Assembly: GCA_964016885.1 (NCBI GenBank)
Contig: OZ024749.1
Span: forward strand, 37,448,001 to 37,512,000
Direction: 5' to 3'
DNA: 64,000 nt
Origin: Eledone cirrhosa
Lineage: Eukaryota
The notes under the pieces are model-generated. The model had not been told where the DNA came from and did no database searches. It was given only the letters and a program-made list of their open reading frames with translations. This document shows, piece after piece, positions 60,230 to 64,000 of the stretch; within the stretch, counting starts at the first letter, position 1; each line of letters opens with the position of its first letter. The position numbers and the translations under genes are program-made.

Positions 60230-60318
<89 letters not shown>

Positions 60319-60319
60319 G

Positions 60320-60366
<47 letters not shown>

Positions 60367-60417
60367 GTGTATGCAAGTGTGTGTGAGAGTGTGTTTGTGC
60401 CATGCATATATATAAAT

Positions 60418-60464
<47 letters not shown>

Positions 60465-60488
60465 CACACACATATGTATATACACACA

Positions 60489-60529
<41 letters not shown>

Positions 60530-60561
60530 TATATACATACATATATGTGTGTATATACATA

Positions 60562-60614
<53 letters not shown>

Positions 60615-60653
60615 ATAATTATATATACACACACACACACACGTATATACACA

Positions 60654-60710
<57 letters not shown>

Positions 60711-61097
60711 TCATATGTATATATATATACACACACATATGTATATACACACATATATGTATATATATATATATACATATATTTACTTTTATAGTTTATA
60801 CATTGCTGACAGACTAGTGTGAGTGCATATTCGGAGAATTCTTTACCAATAATTATACACCCATGTTTTAGTCTATAGTATATGAGAAAGTTATTGAGAG
60901 ATATGGGTAAGTACACCTGAGTATCATAAGCAGTTGTATTCCTTTCAATTGACGTCAAATTCGCCAGGTGTCTCCCTTGACATATCTTATCTTCCCTTGA
61001 GTACATAAGCGGATATATATTTTCACCATTGTATTATGTGTGGGTGTTTTCTGCATATATATATATATATATATACATATACACACACACACACATA

Positions 61098-61167
<70 letters not shown>

Positions 61168-61168
61168 C

Positions 61169-61379
<211 letters not shown>

Positions 61380-61527
61380 CAAATACACATATATATATAT
61401 ATGTATATATATATATATTTAGTGGGCGTGGGCATACCACCGTCTCTTAAAGTTATTGCATTTCATATATGTACATATATCGATATATATATATATATAC
61501 ATATATACATATATATACATATACACG

Positions 61528-61696
61528 GTAATGGTGGTGGTGGTAGTGGTGGTGGTGGTGGAGGTGATGATTTTGGTGGTGGTGGTGGTGGTGGTGACAA
61601 TGACGATTTTACGGATGGCATTATTGATGACAATATTGATGATGATGATGATGATGATGATGACGATGCTGATACGTCTGTTGTTAGTGCTGCAGC

Positions 61697-61749
<53 letters not shown>

Positions 61750-61898
61750 GTGGTGGCGGTGGCATTGACGATGGCAGTGATGATGGTGTTAATGATGATA
61801 ATCTTGATGATAATGATAATGATACTGAGGAAGATATCAATGATGGCGATCATATAGATGATGATGATGACGATGATGATGATGATGATGATGACGAA

Positions 61899-61930
<32 letters not shown>

Positions 61931-61943
61931 CGACGACGATGAC

Positions 61944-61982
<39 letters not shown>

Positions 61983-61990
61983 GATGAGTA
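61528..61990. repeat. (GAT/GGT)n trinucleotide low-complexity tract
   Basis: Direct inspection. Confidence 0.93.
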
Positions 61991-62304
61991 CAATAACGTT
62001 AATTACAATGTGGCTATATTATAATGGCGTGCGTTCACGTCTGTAATGACTCCATGTCAGTAGACCGTTCAGTACTAAAAGCTGTGTTGGAATCTCGCCC
62101 GTCCCACGATCGATTCCAATATCCACTTATTGATTAATTCGATTACTTACTTCACTATCAACAACAGCTTATTTACTTGTTTAACATGTAGTATTTCTGA
62201 CACTATATCTGTCTGTCTATCGAATCTTCCATTAAGTCTATTCGTTCATCGATATGTCAAAGAGCCTTGCTCCCTCTCTTCCACCCGTCTATCTCTCTCT
62301 CAAT

Positions 62305-62410
<106 letters not shown>

Positions 62411-62552
62411 TTAGGAAAAGAGTCAGGACCCCGATGGTTGAGCTCCGGCCGTTTCGACAGCTAGATCCTATTACCCATTCTACTACCCTAAGTATCAAGT
62501 ACACTGATACGTCAGGGTCCACCTGGTTCCTTACCACGCTTTTCCATGTTTT
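62411..62552 (+). mobile_element. Family H2 element, copy 5 (opposite orientation, one arm largely deleted)
   Basis: GACCCCGATGGTTGAGCTCCGGCCGTTTCGAC then CCTATTACCCATTCTACTACCCTAAGTA...GGTCCACCTGGTTCCTTACCAC. Confidence 0.8.
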
Positions 62553-62555
62553 ATA

Positions 62556-62606
<51 letters not shown>

Positions 62607-62754
62607 CGCTCCCTTCCAGCCAAAATTGCCTCGGAAATGTTGCCTTCTAATCAATTTTGCTGTCTAAAGAAATCACGATATCTATCGCAAATGGAAATAT
62701 GTATAACGGCTCAATTACTAATGTACTGTTACATCTTCCACTTCGCATTTTCCT

Positions 62755-62847
<93 letters not shown>

Positions 62848-63001
62848 ATTTTTTTTTTGTTTGTTTACACTAGTGTCCCCTTTATTTACGTGTCCCAACG
62901 ACTTTTTTTAGTCGTTGCTCGCACCAACCGGAGGTATATGGTCTTTAAAGCGATGAAATACCTATGATGGTTGGAAGATCACTGATAAAGGACTAACTTT
63001 A

Positions 63002-63047
<46 letters not shown>

Positions 63048-63670
63048 TAGATAGTTTCATTGTTCTGTTCGTTTTCCATACCATTCGCTTCATATGTCCG
63101 TCTTGATACCTATCTCTTCTTTCCTATTTTCCTCTCCCCATCTGTTCTATCTCTTTCTCAGCTACCTTTCCCTATCTCTATCGAAACCACCTATCTCTCA
63201 TCTTTTCCTAATTTGCATCTATCACTTAGAATTTCTTAGTATATCTCACTCTTCTATTTTAGTTTTCATTTATCCCTCATCTCAAACCCTCATATACATT
63301 ACAAGAATGAATTTTTAAAACATAAAGACTACTATACTATTAGCGCGTTTCTACACCTTTTAAAAAATATCTTTCGTATTTTATCACTGAAGAACAATGG
63401 TCCGAAACACTTAGTATATCAAAATAGTACAATTTATTTCATCTGCTAGTTGTTCTTTAAAATATTCGATATCGGAGGCCACCACCATAACGAATACCAC
63501 CACCACCACCATACATACATATATGGATACCTACGTATATGCACACACACACACACAGACACACACACAGACACACACACAGACACACACAGACACACAA
63601 ATATATATATATATATATACATACATATACGTCCACGGAAATAAAGCACTTTCACACATACGCACACACA

Positions 63671-63727
<57 letters not shown>

Positions 63728-64000
63728 CTACTATATATATATAATTACTATATATATATACATACATGCATACATACACGTTTATACATGTACAATTGTA
63801 CGCACCTCGTACACACACAATACACATAGACAGCACACAAAGAAATTACACACACACATACTGCCAATTATCATAACGACATTTTTTTCTCTTTTCCATC
63901 ATTTATATGTTCGCTAAAATGATTTCTTTTATTTCTCAGACACTTGGCAATTCCACGTTAATGTAACTTCACACAGCAGAATATATATATATATACATAC

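Overview
AT-rich eukaryotic (animal) genomic DNA saturated with (TA)n, (CA)n and (TATG)n microsatellites. The repeat landscape suggests an octopus or other coleoid mollusc (inference only). Almost all listed ORFs are microsatellite artefacts. The only host coding sequence is the terminal exon of a Zic/odd-paired gene (29656-30266, +; ZF4, ZF5 and the EWYV motif), so the preceding ~29.6 kb is probably its intron. The window also holds a 5'-truncated Penelope-like retroelement (RT + C-terminal GIY-YIG, minus strand) with an inverted pseudo-LTR, tRNA-derived SINEs, RTE and CR1-like LINE fragments, a hAT-like MITE and two large minisatellites. The main discovery is at least six sequence families of short, non-coding fold-back elements built around type I hammerhead ribozyme motifs. 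They sit in (TA)n tracts and share one architecture with the Penelope element: an inverted arm that stops short of an unpaired 3' tail, at a fixed position where several copies can be compared. This looks like a Penelope-driven system of hairpin retrozyme-like elements. Four of the families cluster within 1.8 kb just upstream of the Zic splice acceptor. All structures were read by eye; no folding or database search was run.
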